From NCBI GenBank assembly GCA_963821525.1, contig CAWGED010000005.1:672001-736000 (forward strand): a stretch of 64,000 nt of DNA. Reading direction: 5' to 3'. The position numbers and the translations under genes are program-made. This DNA comes from an uncultured Gemmatimonadales bacterium (lineage in GTDB: Bacteria; Gemmatimonadota; Gemmatimonadetes; Gemmatimonadales; GWC2-71-9). Shown here in pieces: positions 53,301 to 63,766 of this stretch. The notes below the pieces were generated by a model. The model did no database searches and was not told the origin of the DNA. It worked only from the letters and a program-made list of their open reading frames with translations. Each line of letters opens with the position of its first letter. Positions within the stretch are counted from its first letter, which is position 1.

Positions 53301-53776
53301 GAGCGGCGCTCCTCGGCCCGATCGGAGAGCAGCAGCTCGATCATCTTCGCCTCGATGACGACACCGGCGTCGCTGCCCAGGCCGGTTCCCCGGAGCAGGT
53401 CCTGGATGTCGCGCAGCCGGACCAAGGCACCGTTCAGCAGATAGTCGCTCTGACCGGAGCGGGAGAGGCGCCGGGTTATCTGGACCTCGCGATACGCGAT
53501 CGGCAGGTCTCCCTCGGTGTTATCGAGGAAGAGCGATACCTCCGTCACGTTGACTGGCCGGCGGCCCGCCGCGCCCTGGAAAATCACGTCCTCCATCTTC
53601 CCGCCGCGCAGCAACCGGGCCGATTGCTCGCCCAGCACCCAGCGAACGGCATCGGATACATTCGACTTGCCGCATCCGTTGGGACCTACGATCGCTGTGA
53701 CTCCCTCGCCGAAACTGAGCGTGACGGTATCGGCGAAGGATTTGAAGCCGGAGAGCTCGAGCTTGGTGAGCTTCAT
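50306..53776 (-). CDS. smc: chromosome segregation protein SMC
   Basis: GFKSFA, GPNGCGKSN, long coiled coils, hinge, LLSTGE, DEVDAPLD. Confidence 0.96.
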   Translation of the reverse strand: MKLTKLELSGFKSFADTVTLSFGEGVTAIVGPNGCGKSNVSDAVRWVLGEQSARLLRGGKMEDVIFQGAAGRRPVNVTEVSLFLDNTEGDLPIAYREVQITRRLSRSGQSDYLLNGALVRLRDIQDLLRGTGLGSDAGVVIEAKMIELLLSDRAEERRSLFEEAAGIGLYRDRRQTTERRLEETGGDLQRVEDLIAEVQSQIRSLARQRGKAERYAKLSEEKFSVQLTLARRQLERLAGQIASSEERHGVLTQELPEARDVVGDAEQVREECARTRASAEVQRTEIARRLGDVRLELGRLDGDLALAAERLANAAARRLRATDERGQMEIRRQQAQRDHDAADAERKTAQLERERIATDLAGRAQTEQEVRLQLGDQRQAVRQLEEDLQRRAQILKSLEGERGSLETDLSSLREQASVVSGRRQDLQAELDVAERRRAEAVSNAERLSAEAKRTSAEAERGRHLLAETRRREALGRADRRAAEESLAQLTTRRQALEELERDRVGLAPGAAALLAAKSRFGGAVLGPLSDFLRAGREDAEIAERLLGEWVHAVLVSDSAALEAIQDWHASEQPGMIALLPIDSGPTGTEGDDPLAGRLVAEGHAAAWVRALLAGSQVLAGGGRVLRRPNGAILLPGAPAPSGPLRRRAELESLTHEVRAAQAALNKAEMELAETVRRLAEVEAALDQASQASDHARDAERVAVATRDDAVRMASSTGRDLGDAETQFASLKERIERSERRLVEIDIALTEGELARVRIEESLGQARSRLADLEGQQEAARDARVHCQVQEAQVVARLEAAQGYLERALRTGEEAELASAALAIELTRLTDDTTGLAQQQALWLEARAERKVAVLELEAAAADADQAASEAEQALEEAENELHAMRTRLDDLTEEAHRIDLEMTEATARRRGIVERVEAEWRKPIDTLLAEAPMLDLDIDTLENEAARIVSSLETIGPVNALAVEEHAEESKRLDFLVAQRDDLVAARHSLQQAIREIDGTARAMFLETFTAIRTSFLHVFQTLFGGGECDLRLANPDDPLESEIDIHAAPRGKRTQRIHLLSTGERTLVAVSLLFSIYLTKPSPFCLMDEVDAPLDDANVGRFTRLLDEFKQSTQFLVITHNPRTMQSAEAVYGVTMQEPGVSTIVGVRLAERQAV

Positions 53777-55170
53777 GGGCTGGCGTCCTGTCGATCGGGT
53801 TGATAGATGAAAAATGGACGACCCAAACGGCGGCCGGCTGATTCGGCGACTTCCCGCGTCGGATAGGGACCGAGGACCACGCGAAAGCCCTCTTCTCCGG
53901 CGCGCGGGTCGATGACCCGGGCCGGGAGTCCCGCGCTGCTCAACTGGGAGGCGAGCTCACTCGCCCAAGCCTTGTTCTGCGAGCTGCTCACCTGGAGGAA
54001 GACCTCGCTGCTCGACACGCTGTCTTCCGCCACGACGGTTGACTCAGGAATCTCCGGAGTCGGGCTTGCGGTACCGGTCTCAGGAGACCAGGGAAGCGTG
54101 ATCCAGTAGTCCTTGGCGCCGCCCTTGACCCGCCCGGTGACGGTCATCTTCGACTGGGTGAGATCAACCGCGACGAGGTCTCCCCCCGACTTGAGCAGCA
54201 GGAGCTGCTGATTGGTGACAGTGGGAAGATCGGAACTCCATTCGGTCTCGAATCCCGCTACGAATTTGTTGCTCGACAGATCCACCAGCCAGAGCGAGTC
54301 CGCGGAGGGTGGATTGATCAGAAGCCACCGCCCGAAGGGACCCATCCGCAGCGCACGGGCCGGTCCGGGAAGGGTAATCTCCCCGACTTGCTCATTGGTG
54401 AACCGATTGAATACCAGAACGGATCCTTCCCGCCTCGCCACGTACAGGCGGTGTCCCGAAGGCGAGAAGGCAACGGCTCGAGCGTGTTCCGAGATCGGAA
54501 TGCTCTCCAGCTTGTTCTGCTCTCGCGGATCGATCAGCACGACCGCCGTGTCGGCCGCGACAGCCACCATGTCTCCCCAAAAGGTTGCCGCCGCGTCGCC
54601 CGAGGGGATCGGAACCTCCGCGGGAGGCTGGTCACTGCTCAGCACATTCAGCTGGTTACCAGTGCCGCGGGTGATGGCGAGCAGTTGGGCATCCTTGGTG
54701 CCGAAGAGGTCGCGGGGTCGGCTGGGCAGCCGGCTCTGGAAGCGGACCGGATTGCGGCGCACCAACTGGGTAACCGCGTTGCTGTCGTCGACGGTATAGA
54801 GAGTCCCGTCCGGCCCGATGGCGGCATCACGAACTCCGTCGATCACCTGCTGCCGCACCCTGCCGGTCTGCAGGTCGAGGGTGACGACCTCGGCTTTGGC
54901 TCCCAGCAGGTAGATCAGTCCCTGGTCCAAGTCCGCACCGACGACCCGGCGAACTCCTGGCAGGGCCCCCTCGGACTTCCACTTGGCCGGATCCAACTCG
55001 GGCGGGCGGTACAGCAGTGCCTGACCCCCTGCCGAGGGAATCCGAAGCAGCGTTGAGGGCGGTGAAGCACTGGCAGCGGAAAGACCGTGAGCCAAAGAAG
55101 GCGGGGGAGTCTGGCACGCGAGCGCACCGACGACGAGCCCCGCAGCGGCGAGGTAGGGACGGCCGTTCAC
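53773..55170 (-). CDS. putative lipoprotein with beta-propeller and C-terminal SPOR domain
   Basis: ALAC lipobox; AVAFSPSG repeats; FLQVSSS...FRVVLGPYPTREVAE. Confidence 0.8.
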   Translation of the reverse strand: MNGRPYLAAAGLVVGALACQTPPPSLAHGLSAASASPPSTLLRIPSAGGQALLYRPPELDPAKWKSEGALPGVRRVVGADLDQGLIYLLGAKAEVVTLDLQTGRVRQQVIDGVRDAAIGPDGTLYTVDDSNAVTQLVRRNPVRFQSRLPSRPRDLFGTKDAQLLAITRGTGNQLNVLSSDQPPAEVPIPSGDAAATFWGDMVAVAADTAVVLIDPREQNKLESIPISEHARAVAFSPSGHRLYVARREGSVLVFNRFTNEQVGEITLPGPARALRMGPFGRWLLINPPSADSLWLVDLSSNKFVAGFETEWSSDLPTVTNQQLLLLKSGGDLVAVDLTQSKMTVTGRVKGGAKDYWITLPWSPETGTASPTPEIPESTVVAEDSVSSSEVFLQVSSSQNKAWASELASQLSSAGLPARVIDPRAGEEGFRVVLGPYPTREVAESAGRRLGRPFFIYQPDRQDASP

Positions 55171-55178
55171 CAATGAAA

Positions 55179-55307
55179 GATAGGTAGGACGGCCGGGCGG
55201 TGGGAGTGTGGAAGAAGGGCGGGCCGACGGTACGACAGCTCGACAGTAGGACTAATAAGCTTGGCCGCTCCCTACCGCCGCTCCACCGTACCGCCGTCCC
55301 GCCCCTG
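55179..55307. repeat. degenerate inverted octamer array
   Basis: GGACGGCC/GGGCGGTG/CGACGGTA units, central AAGCTT, then TACCGCCG-like units. Confidence 0.6.
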
Positions 55308-58300
55308 CTAGAAGGCCGGACCCAGGCTGAGGGTCCAGTAGCCCTTGAAGGCCGACCGCTCCTGCGGAATCGAGTAGTCGACCCGCAGGATCATGATTCC
55401 GAACACGTTCATCCGCGCTCCGGCGCCGAAGGTCTGGCTCGGGGTCCGGACGTTCAAGGGATCATCCCCCGCATCGCGGTGCCATTTCACGGTGCTCGCG
55501 TCGTCCCACGCCACACCCACGTCATAGAACAGGGCGCCCTCGATAGGCGGGAAACCGGCCGGCAGGAAGGCCAGGCCACCGTACAACAGGGGGAAACGGA
55601 GTTCGGCATTACCGACCGCAATCCTGGTACCCAGCAGCCGCTCGAGCTGCACGCAGGTGAAGTTGGCAGCGCGGCATTCGTTGTTGTAATAGGAGCCCGA
55701 GGTATTGCCCCGGACCAGGTCGGTGCTCCCCAGGAAGAGCAGGAATCGGTCGTTATCCGGGCCGTACCGGCCATAGCCCAGCAGCCGGGTGGCCAAAGTG
55801 AACGGACCCAGGAGGTGATCGTAGCGGCGATAGTCCGCCAAGAGCGAGGTGTACTGCCAGCCGCCGACCGCCTGGCCGACGCTCAGTCGCAACCGCTTGC
55901 CGTAGAAGGGAGCTACGTAGCCCGGCAGTGAGTTGTCGAATACGTATGCCACCGACGGCTCCAGGAAGGTGGAGTTGCCGACGCTCGCCTCCCGGGTGAC
56001 CGGGTCCTGAGTCAGGATTCCGGTACCCGGATCGAATTGCTCGAAGACCCGCTGGATGTGCTCGTCGACGTTCACGACGGCCATGTTGCCTTCGAGACGC
56101 CGGAAGCGGTCGATCGGATAGTACGAACCGAACTGCGCCGACCGATAGACGATACGCTGGATGTTGGTCACCAGCACGTTGTCGCCCGAGCCATCGTTTG
56201 CCGGGATCACGACGCTGGGCTCGATGAAGTAGTAAGGCTCCTGACTCAGGCCGACGCCCCAGTTGAGCCGGTTGGTCAGGTTGAAGTACGAGGCGCCGAC
56301 CTGGGCCTCGGTAATCCGGCCGTTGATGAAGAGCGAGAACAGGAGGTTGTGGTTGCCCAGCATGTCGCTGAGCTGTATGGCGCTGCCTCCATAGAACCCG
56401 CGGCCGAAGTTGTCCCGGGTGTAGCCGATGGTCGGCCGGGCCACGTAGTCGGGCTGGAACTTGACCTTGTACTTCTGGTCGGAGAACTCGGCAGTATCCG
56501 GCAGGTTGAGCGCCACCGAATCCATCAGGGCGCTGATCGAGATCGGCTCGGTGTGCGACGAGTCGCGGCCGGCCGGCTCGGAATCGGCCTCCCGGAAGCC
56601 CTGAGGCGTACGGTAGAGCGAACCGGTGTCCTCGATCGGGGGCCGATTGCCCACCTTGGTCGAGTCCGTGACGGTGTCGGCCATCTCGCCGACCGGCTTG
56701 ATGACCGAGTCTACCCGCTGAGCAATGAGAGGCTGAGGCGCTTCGGCGGGGACGGCGCAGGCGTTTCGGTAGGCGGCTTCCAGGGATCGCGCTTGAACGA
56801 GCGGATGTTATCCACCGCGTAAACGTCGAAGTCTCCCTTGTTGTAGATCACCGAGGCGAACCGATCCGCCTTCTGGGCCCAGCTGATGACCGGGGAGGAC
56901 GAGGTAATGCCCTGCGCGCCGGTGAACAGATGGGTCAGCTGGTAGAGCTGCCGGTCGGTGAAGTCGAACAGATAGATGTTGCTGACCCCGTCGCGGTCGG
57001 AGACGAACGCGATCGACTGGCCATCCGGCGCCCACTGGGGGCTCCGATTGGTTCCCCATTCCATGTAGGGGAGGACCTCGATCGAGTCGGTGTCCAGATG
57101 GTACAGCGCGATCTTCAGGTTCCCGATCTTCAGGGTATTGAAGTCGGTGTCGGGGCCGCGGTCGGTCGCGAACGCGATGGTCTTCCCGTCGGGAGACCAG
57201 ACCGGATGGAAGTCGGCGTTCTTGTCGTTGGTCAGTCGCTGGAGGTTGTCCCCGTCGGCGTCCACGATGAAGAGGTCAGAAATGCCTCCGTCGAGGCCGG
57301 TGAACACGAGCTTGGTGCCGTCCGGACTCCAGCTCGGAGTCAGGGCACCACTGAGCTTCAGCTTGATCCGCCGGATTTCCTTGTTTCGCTTGGGATCGAT
57401 GATGACGATATCGTCCCGCTCCCCCTTCTTGGCTGCGATCGCGAGACGGGTCCCGTCGGCGGACCAGGAGGCCGTCGAATTGATGAACCGGAAGGTCTCG
57501 TAGTTGGTGCTGTAGGTGGACTTGAGCAGCTTCTTCTCGACCTTGCCGGTGTGGGCGTCGGCGAGGTAGAGGTCCACGAAGAAGAAGTCGCCCTCGCTGA
57601 AGTAGGCGACCTGGGTCCCGTCAGGGGAGAGGGCAGGGGCCAGGTGGTAGGTGCCCTTGGACTTCTTCTGGCTCAGGATCTCTTCCGCCACGGCACGCGG
57701 AGCGTCGCGAGTCGCCACCTCGGGCAGGTAGCGCTTCTGCACCGCGTCGTGCCAGAGGTCGGTGAGCTTCGCGTAGTCAACGCCGATGGTGCGCTTCGAG
57801 CGATCCTTCGAGACCGCCACCGCCCGCCAGAGTTCCCTGCAGGATCGCACCGATCGCCTCGTCTCCCCACCGCGCCCCGATGAAGGCGAGGAGGGCCTGT
57901 CCGAAGCGATAGGGGAAGATTCGAGGGTCGTTTTCCAGCTGGTCGATGGTGGGCATCTTCCCGTTGCGCACCGCGTCGCGCAGCCACATGGCGGTGTTGG
58001 CATCCACGGCACCGGCGGGATCGCCCTTGTCATTGGTCTCCACCGACAGGTACTCGGCCATGCCTTCGACGAACCAGAGGGGCGGATTGATCGCGATAAC
58101 CTGCTGCAGGCCCGCGCCGGCCCGACCCCGACTCCAGATGTCGTACTGGAACTGGTGAACCATCTCGTGCTGCAGCACGTGCTCCAGGTCATCGTAGGAG
58201 CCCGTGAAAGGGAGAATTATCCGCTGCTTCAGGAAATCGGTGACGCCGCCGGTGCCTTCGCTGGGCGACTCGCCCCCCAGCGCGTTGGTCTGCTGGAAGT

Positions 58301-58574
58301 CGGAGTGCGAAGCGTAGAGGATGATCGGCTTCCGTTCCTTGTATTCGTGCTTGAGCAGGCGGGACAGACGGCCGTACGACCGCTCGGCCATCCGGGCGGC
58401 ATCCAGCGCCGCCGCCCTGGCATCCGGGTAGTAATGGATGTCGAAGTGCTCGGTCCGGAGGATGCGAAAATCAAACGAACGGTACTGGACCTTGTTCTGC
58501 CCGAAGTACTGCGCAGGGAGCAAGGCCGGAGTCGCTGCCAGCAGGGCCAGCCCCAACGCCAGGCGTCGAATCAT
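55308..58574 (-). CDS. Omp85/BamA-family protein with N-terminal metallopeptidase-like domain and PD40 repeats (frameshifted)
   Basis: QYFGQNKVQY, HEMVH...WFVEGMAEY, WSPDG repeats, barrel ending GNAELRFP...LSLGPAF. Confidence 0.85.
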
Positions 58575-58591
58575 GAGCGATACCCATCTTG

Positions 58592-58954
58592 TCAGTGACC
58601 GATGCTCAATTCGGGGGCATCGGTCCAGAGCCGCTCGAGCTGATAGAACGCTCGTGACTCTGGGTGAAACAGGTGGACCACAAAGTCCACATAGTCCAAC
58701 AGCACCCACCGTCCGACGGTCAGTCCCTCAACGTGGTGGGCCCGTTGTCCCTGGTGATGCAACTTGTCCATCACCGAGTTGGCCAGGCCTCGCACGTGCG
58801 CATCGGACGTACCGGACGCTACCACAAAATAATCCGTCGCATCGTTGAGACCGCGCAAATCCAGCACCAGCAAGTCCCGTCCCTTCAAGTCCGCGATCGC
58901 CTCGATGGCGGTTCGCAGCGCTTCGGGCGGCCGCGCCCCGGTGGGACTCTTCAT
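58592..58954 (-). CDS. rsfS: ribosome silencing factor
   Basis: DYFVVASGTSDAHV, WVLLDYVDFVVHLF, FYQLERLW. Confidence 0.93.
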   Translation of the reverse strand: MKSPTGARPPEALRTAIEAIADLKGRDLLVLDLRGLNDATDYFVVASGTSDAHVRGLANSVMDKLHHQGQRAHHVEGLTVGRWVLLDYVDFVVHLFHPESRAFYQLERLWTDAPELSIGH

Positions 58955-60788
58955 GCGGCCGCACCCGTGCGATGCTCGTCGCACCCCGTCTTCCACCTGG
59001 TAGAACACCGCCCATGCCCCGAATCCAACATGGGCACCCAGGACCCCGGTGGCCAGCGTCACGAAACAATCCCGGGGCTGGTACGCGGCGACGACGGCTC
59101 GCCGCATCCGCTCGGCGGGCTCCGGGGCCTCCGCATGGACGATCCCGAAGCGCACCGCTTTGGGCCGTGGAGTGAGGCGTCGTTCCAGCAGACTCAGGAC
59201 GCGGGGTACCACATTGTCCCGTCCCCGCACCCGGTCCACCGGAATGATGGACCCGAGATCATCCAGGCCGAGGATCGGCTTCACGTCCAGCAGCCCGGCG
59301 AGCCAGGCTTTTCCGCGAGTCACCCGACCCGAGCGCAACAGATTGTCGAACCGGTCCACCGTCACCAGCGCGCCCGACTGGCGCCGTACCCGCCGCAGCT
59401 CTTCCGCAATGTCCCTGGCCGACCACCCCGACTCCGCGAGTTCCGCACCTCGCAGGGCCAGGAGTCCGAGCCCGAGCGAGGCCGATGCACTATCAACGAA
59501 TTCTACCCCATCTATGTTGGCGGCACGCGCCGCCATCATCCCAGCCTGAAACGTGCCGCGACAGCCGGGAGGCAACCAGCACCGCTACTACTTCGTCGGC
59601 CTCCGACCGAGCGTCCCGCAGGACCCGCACGAACTCGGCCGGTGTCGGCTGCGAGGTGGTCGGGTGCGCTCGCGAGCGCCGCATCGTGGCGTAAAACGCT
59701 TCAGGCTTCAGCTCCACCCGATCGCGGTACACCGTATCGCCGAACATCACCTGCAGCGGCACCAGCGCGATATGATGCCGGTCCAGCACGGCATCGGGCA
59801 AATCGGAGGAGCTGTCGGCCACGATCGCTACTGGGCGCCGCTCGGGATGCGCGAGTTTCCGATGCTGCACGCGCATGTCTTCCGCTTTGGTCGCGGAGAC
59901 CGTTCCCCAGCGGGCTGCACAGGTAAAGACGGCATCCGGCGTGTCCGTGTGCACATGAAGCTTGAGGATGTCTCCCGCCACCACCACCTGCACGCTGCCG
60001 CCGAACTCGCGCAGGACGGAGCGTACCTCGTTGGCCGACGGAAGCTGTTCGCCCCGGACCATCGCCTCGGTGCAAAACTGGAAGTCCCGCTCGGCGGCGA
60101 CATCGAACTCTGCTGCGGGAATGGATGAGAATTCGCCAGTGGTGGCCGTCGCCGGAAGGATGGGATCGCCCTCGATCAGCCGAACAACTCCTTCGATCAT
60201 CCGCACGAAGCCCTTGCCGCCAGCATCTACCACACCGGCTTCCTTGAGCACCGCCATCAACTCGGGGGTGCGGGCGAGCGCGACTTCGCCTTCGGCGAGG
60301 AGCCGGCTCATGAACACGCTGATGTCGGGAGAGTCGGCGGCCGCGCGCTCGGCGGCGAGGGCGGCCTCCCGAGCGACGGTGAGGATGGTGCCTTCCCGCG
60401 GGTCGTCGAGAGAGGAGTAGAGCCGGTCGGCGCCCTGACGGATGGCGCGCGCGATGTCCTGCGCGGTGCCTTTCTCTCTTCCTTCGAGCGCCTCTGCGAA
60501 GCCCAGAAGAAAGTGCGCGAGCATCATCCCCGAATTCCCGCGGGCGCCGAGGACGGCACCGCGAGCAGCGGTCCGAGCGGTATTGTCGAGGGGTGAGTCG
60601 CCCAAGGCCCGCAGGGCATCGGCGACCGAGCGGAGGGTCAGGCTGAAATTGGTGCCGGTGTCACCGTCGGGGACCGGAAAGACGTTGATCCGGTTGATCT
60701 CATCCCGTCCGGCGGTGACCCAGTCGGAGGCTGCCAGCAGTGAGCGTGACAGCCTCGGACCGTCGACGTATGCGATCCCGACGCTCAT
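58951..60788 (-). CDS. DAK2 (FakA-like) - DegV (FakB-like) fusion protein (frameshifted)
   Basis: INVFPVPDGDTGTN, GARGNSG, VVDAGG, then DSSSDLP, TTSQPTP, LRSGRV, VKPIL, GAHVG. Confidence 0.88.
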
Positions 60789-60798
60789 CGGGCTGGAT

Positions 60799-61243
60799 TC
60801 ACTCAGCCTCGACGGAGACGTGAACCTCGGCGTGCACGTCGGCGTGGAGCCTGACGGGGACGACGTGAGCGCCGACAGTCTTGATCGGCTGGGTCAGCTC
60901 GATCTTCCGGCGGTCCACGGTAAGCCCCTGGGTCGCGAGCGCGTCGGCGATGTCCTGGGCGGTGATCGATCCGAACAGTCGCCCTTCCTCGCCGGCTTTG
61001 CGGGTCAGTACCACGCTTGGCCCCGGCCAGCCGGCCGGCGAACGCCTCGGCCTCGCCACGCTCGGCCACACGGCGCGACTCACGGGCCTTCGATTCGGCC
61101 GCGATGCGCTTGCGGTTGCCCTCGCTCGCCTCATACGCCAGGCCCTGGGGCAGCAGGAAATTTCGGGCATAACCGGCCTTCACCTTCACCAGCTCGCCGG
61201 CCCGGCCCAGAGACTTCACATCTTCACGCAGAATCACTTCCAT
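60799..61243 (-). CDS. rplI: 50S ribosomal protein L9 (one frameshift)
   Basis: [35 protein letters not shown]. Confidence 0.93.
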
Positions 61244-61247
61244 GACA

Positions 61248-62181
61248 CTACCCTCCTGAGGCGGCGGCAGTGAACCGCCGGCGAAAATCAATCCAGGTGT
61301 CGGACAGCCCGAAGAGGAACAAGCCACTCAGGGCGACCGGGAAAATGAAGACCGCACCAAGGCACAACGCGACGAGCACACCGCTTCCCGATGAGCCTAT
61401 CGCCGACCAGGCGACCGCGGCACCCCGAGTGACATACAAACAACCGACAATCAGCGCCAGATTGGCCCCGAGGACACGTGCCGCGTCCGGCAGCGGTAGC
61501 ACCAGCAGCGCCAGACACAGCACGACACCCCAGACGACATCATCGCTGAAGCGAAACTCGGCGAACGGTCCAGCCCGGTGGCCATACGGCTTGGCCGCGA
61601 TCCGGTGGTACCAGCTCCACGCGAGTGCCATCCCGGGGATAGCGCTGGCGACGAGGAGCCCGGGGAACAGCGCTGCCGAGGCGCCAATACCATCCGCCAT
61701 CGCATTGATGTACACCCGCGACGCCGGCCGCGCGCTCGGGAGAAAACAGTCCCGATTCCAGCAACTCCCGGCATCGCTCCCAACCGTCGTGGGCCACGGC
61801 GAGGGTCACATCCTTCCACTGGGTTCCCAGGATCCAGGCCCAAGCCGTCGCTCCGGCCGTGGCGAGACCACAGGCACCCAGCGCACCCGTGATCATATGC
61901 CGCTCACGAGTCAGCATGAGCAGGGCGAAGGCACCCGCCGCCATCAGTCCCCAGCCGATCAGCATCGTGCTGGCGATCCCCGAGGCCCCGGCAGCGAAGA
62001 ACGCGATGGCGCTGACCGTGACCCCGAGCCAGATCCATTCTCGGCGCGAATCGGGTCGCGACGCTGCCAACAACGCGGCGAGGGGCCCGAGCACGAGAAT
62101 GGGCGGGAACAACACCAGATAGCCAAACAGCACTGCCGCCCCAGCCCACGAGGTGCGGGGCCGCCCAACGGTACCAGCCAC
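61248..62181 (-). CDS. DUF2232 family membrane protein (frameshifted)
   Basis: Hydrophobic; [12 protein letters not shown] and [12 protein letters not shown]; lies between rpsR and rplI. Confidence 0.8.
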
Positions 62182-62189
62182 AGTAGCTG

Positions 62190-62411
62190 TCAGCCTACGT
62201 AGCCCTTGATGTAGGGCAGCAGGGCGAGCTCACGCGCCCGCTTGATTGCTGTGCTGAGCTGCCGCTGATGCCGGGCGCAGGTTCCGGAAAGCCGGCTGGG
62301 CAGGATCTTGCCCCGCTCCGTCAGGAACCGGGTCAGGGTCCGCTCGTCCTTGTAGTCAACCACCCGCACGCCGGCCTCGCAGATGGCGCAGGTCTTCTGG
62401 GGGCGTCTCAT
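62190..62411 (-). CDS. rpsR: 30S ribosomal protein S18
   Basis: [34 protein letters not shown]. Confidence 0.96.
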   Translation of the reverse strand: MRRPQKTCAICEAGVRVVDYKDERTLTRFLTERGKILPSRLSGTCARHQRQLSTAIKRARELALLPYIKGYVG

Positions 62412-62749
62412 TCATCGTCCTCCTCATCGGCCTTCGCGGCGCCAACCGGCACCGGCTGCTCACCCTCGCTTACCACCACGAGGAACCGGAGGACTCCTTC
62501 CTCCAGCTTGACCGCGCGCTCGAACTCCGGCAGCGCATCGCCGGTAGTGTCGAACTTGGCCACGACGTAGTACCCCGTGTCATGCTTCTTGATGGGGTAG
62601 GCCAAGGTGCGCTTCCCCCAGTGGTTCACCTGGGGAGCGTCGGCGCCTGGCTTCTGGATGAGGGCGTGGAATCGAGCGAGTCGCTCGTTGATGGCGGCTT
62701 CTTCGAGTGCACTATCGAAGATATAGACCGCCTCGTACTGACGGGTCAT
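62408..62749 (-). CDS. rpsF: 30S ribosomal protein S6
   Basis: [26 protein letters not shown]. Confidence 0.96.
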   Translation of the reverse strand: MTRQYEAVYIFDSALEEAAINERLARFHALIQKPGADAPQVNHWGKRTLAYPIKKHDTGYYVVAKFDTTGDALPEFERAVKLEEGVLRFLVVVSEGEQPVPVGAAKADEEDDE

Positions 62750-62802
62750 GACACCTTCCTTTGGTCGATGAGCCCCGGCCCTGGTGTGGGGTCCGGGGAG
62801 GA
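62750..62802 (-). promoter_or_regulatory. possible S6:S18 autoregulatory leader
   Basis: Hairpin CCCCGGACCC/GGGCCGGGG followed by GACCAAAGGAAGG covering the rpsF RBS. Confidence 0.45.
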
Positions 62803-62825
62803 TGATTGTGAACGGGCGGAATTGT

Positions 62826-62987
62826 AGTGGGGGTAAGGACTTAGGGGAAGGGACGGCTTAAAAGCGTGAGAAGTGAGAGGTAAGAGGTGAGAGGGGGCGC
62901 CCAAAGCGAGCGACCCTCCGTGGCAGGCGCCATAGAGGGTCGCGGAACCGCTGTTCCTTCTCACTTCTCACCTCTCACTGCTCACGC
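62826..62987. repeat. inverted heptamer arrays
   Basis: GTGAGAA GTGAGAG GTAAGAG GTGAGAG, a spacer, then TTCTCAC TTCTCAC CTCTCAC TGCTCAC; G-rich degenerate units to the left. Confidence 0.75.
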
Positions 62988-62990
62988 TTT

Positions 62991-63704
62991 TTATCGTCGC
63001 TTGCCAAACAGCCTGAGGATGAACAGGAACAGGTTGATGAAGTCGAGGTAGAGCGCCAGCGCCCCGACGATCGCGTAGGACCCGACCTGAGGACCCTCGA
63101 CCTGGAGCGCCATCGCCTTGAGCCGCTGCGCGTCCCACATCGTGAGTCCGGTGAAAACCACCACACCGCACACCGACAGGATGAACTGGAACATGTCGTT
63201 CTGCCAGAAGATGCCGACGATCGACGCGATGACGACCCCGATCAACCCCATGAAGGCGAACTGCCCCACGCCGGCGAGGCTGCGACTGGTCATCGTCCCG
63301 TAGAGGGCGAGCGCTCCGAACATCGCGGCGGCGGTAAGGAACGCCGTCGCGATCGAGGACCCGGTGTAGACCACGAAGATCGCGGACAGCAGCACGCCCA
63401 TCAGGCCGGCGTAGATCACGAACAGCACGCCTGCCTTGGTCGGCTCGATCTCCGAAATGCGGGCCGAGAGGTACCAGACCATGCCCAGGGTGCCGAGTAA
63501 CAGGCCCCAACGTAGAATTGGGTTGCCGAAGACCGCCTGCAGAATGACCGGAGAACTCGCCACGTAGAAGGCTACGACTGCCGTGACGGCGAGACCGACG
63601 AACATCCACCCGTAGACCTTCCGGAGGAATGCAGTGATTCGCTCGGCCTCCAACGACTCCTGAGCGAGCGAGGGCTGGCCGGTTCCCTGGTATGGGTTCG
63701 ACAT
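62991..63704 (-). CDS. Bax inhibitor-1/YccA family membrane protein
   Basis: FLRKVYGWM, WDAQRLK, ALALYLDFINLFLFILR. Confidence 0.93.
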   Translation of the reverse strand: MSNPYQGTGQPSLAQESLEAERITAFLRKVYGWMFVGLAVTAVVAFYVASSPVILQAVFGNPILRWGLLLGTLGMVWYLSARISEIEPTKAGVLFVIYAGLMGVLLSAIFVVYTGSSIATAFLTAAAMFGALALYGTMTSRSLAGVGQFAFMGLIGVVIASIVGIFWQNDMFQFILSVCGVVVFTGLTMWDAQRLKAMALQVEGPQVGSYAIVGALALYLDFINLFLFILRLFGKRR

Positions 63705-63766
63705 GAAGTCAGAACTCCGAGAAAGGGTGTGTTTGGCTCCCGAAACTTAAGCGGCTCGGATTCCTA

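Noticed and set aside
51695..53803. 702-aa plus-strand ORF and other long antisense ORFs
   Set aside because: Shadow frames of GC-rich genes such as smc, metY and metX, with no recognisable motifs.
58592..59575. DegV-RsfS fusion ORF
   Set aside because: Removing one base in a G-run gives a DegV stop overlapping the rsfS start (ATGA), the usual translational coupling.
58951..60788. DAK2-DegV fusion as a novelty
   Set aside because: This is an already known fatty-acid-kinase domain architecture.
62190..62749. No ssb/priB between rpsF and rpsR
   Set aside because: Direct rpsF-rpsR adjacency is common in several phyla.
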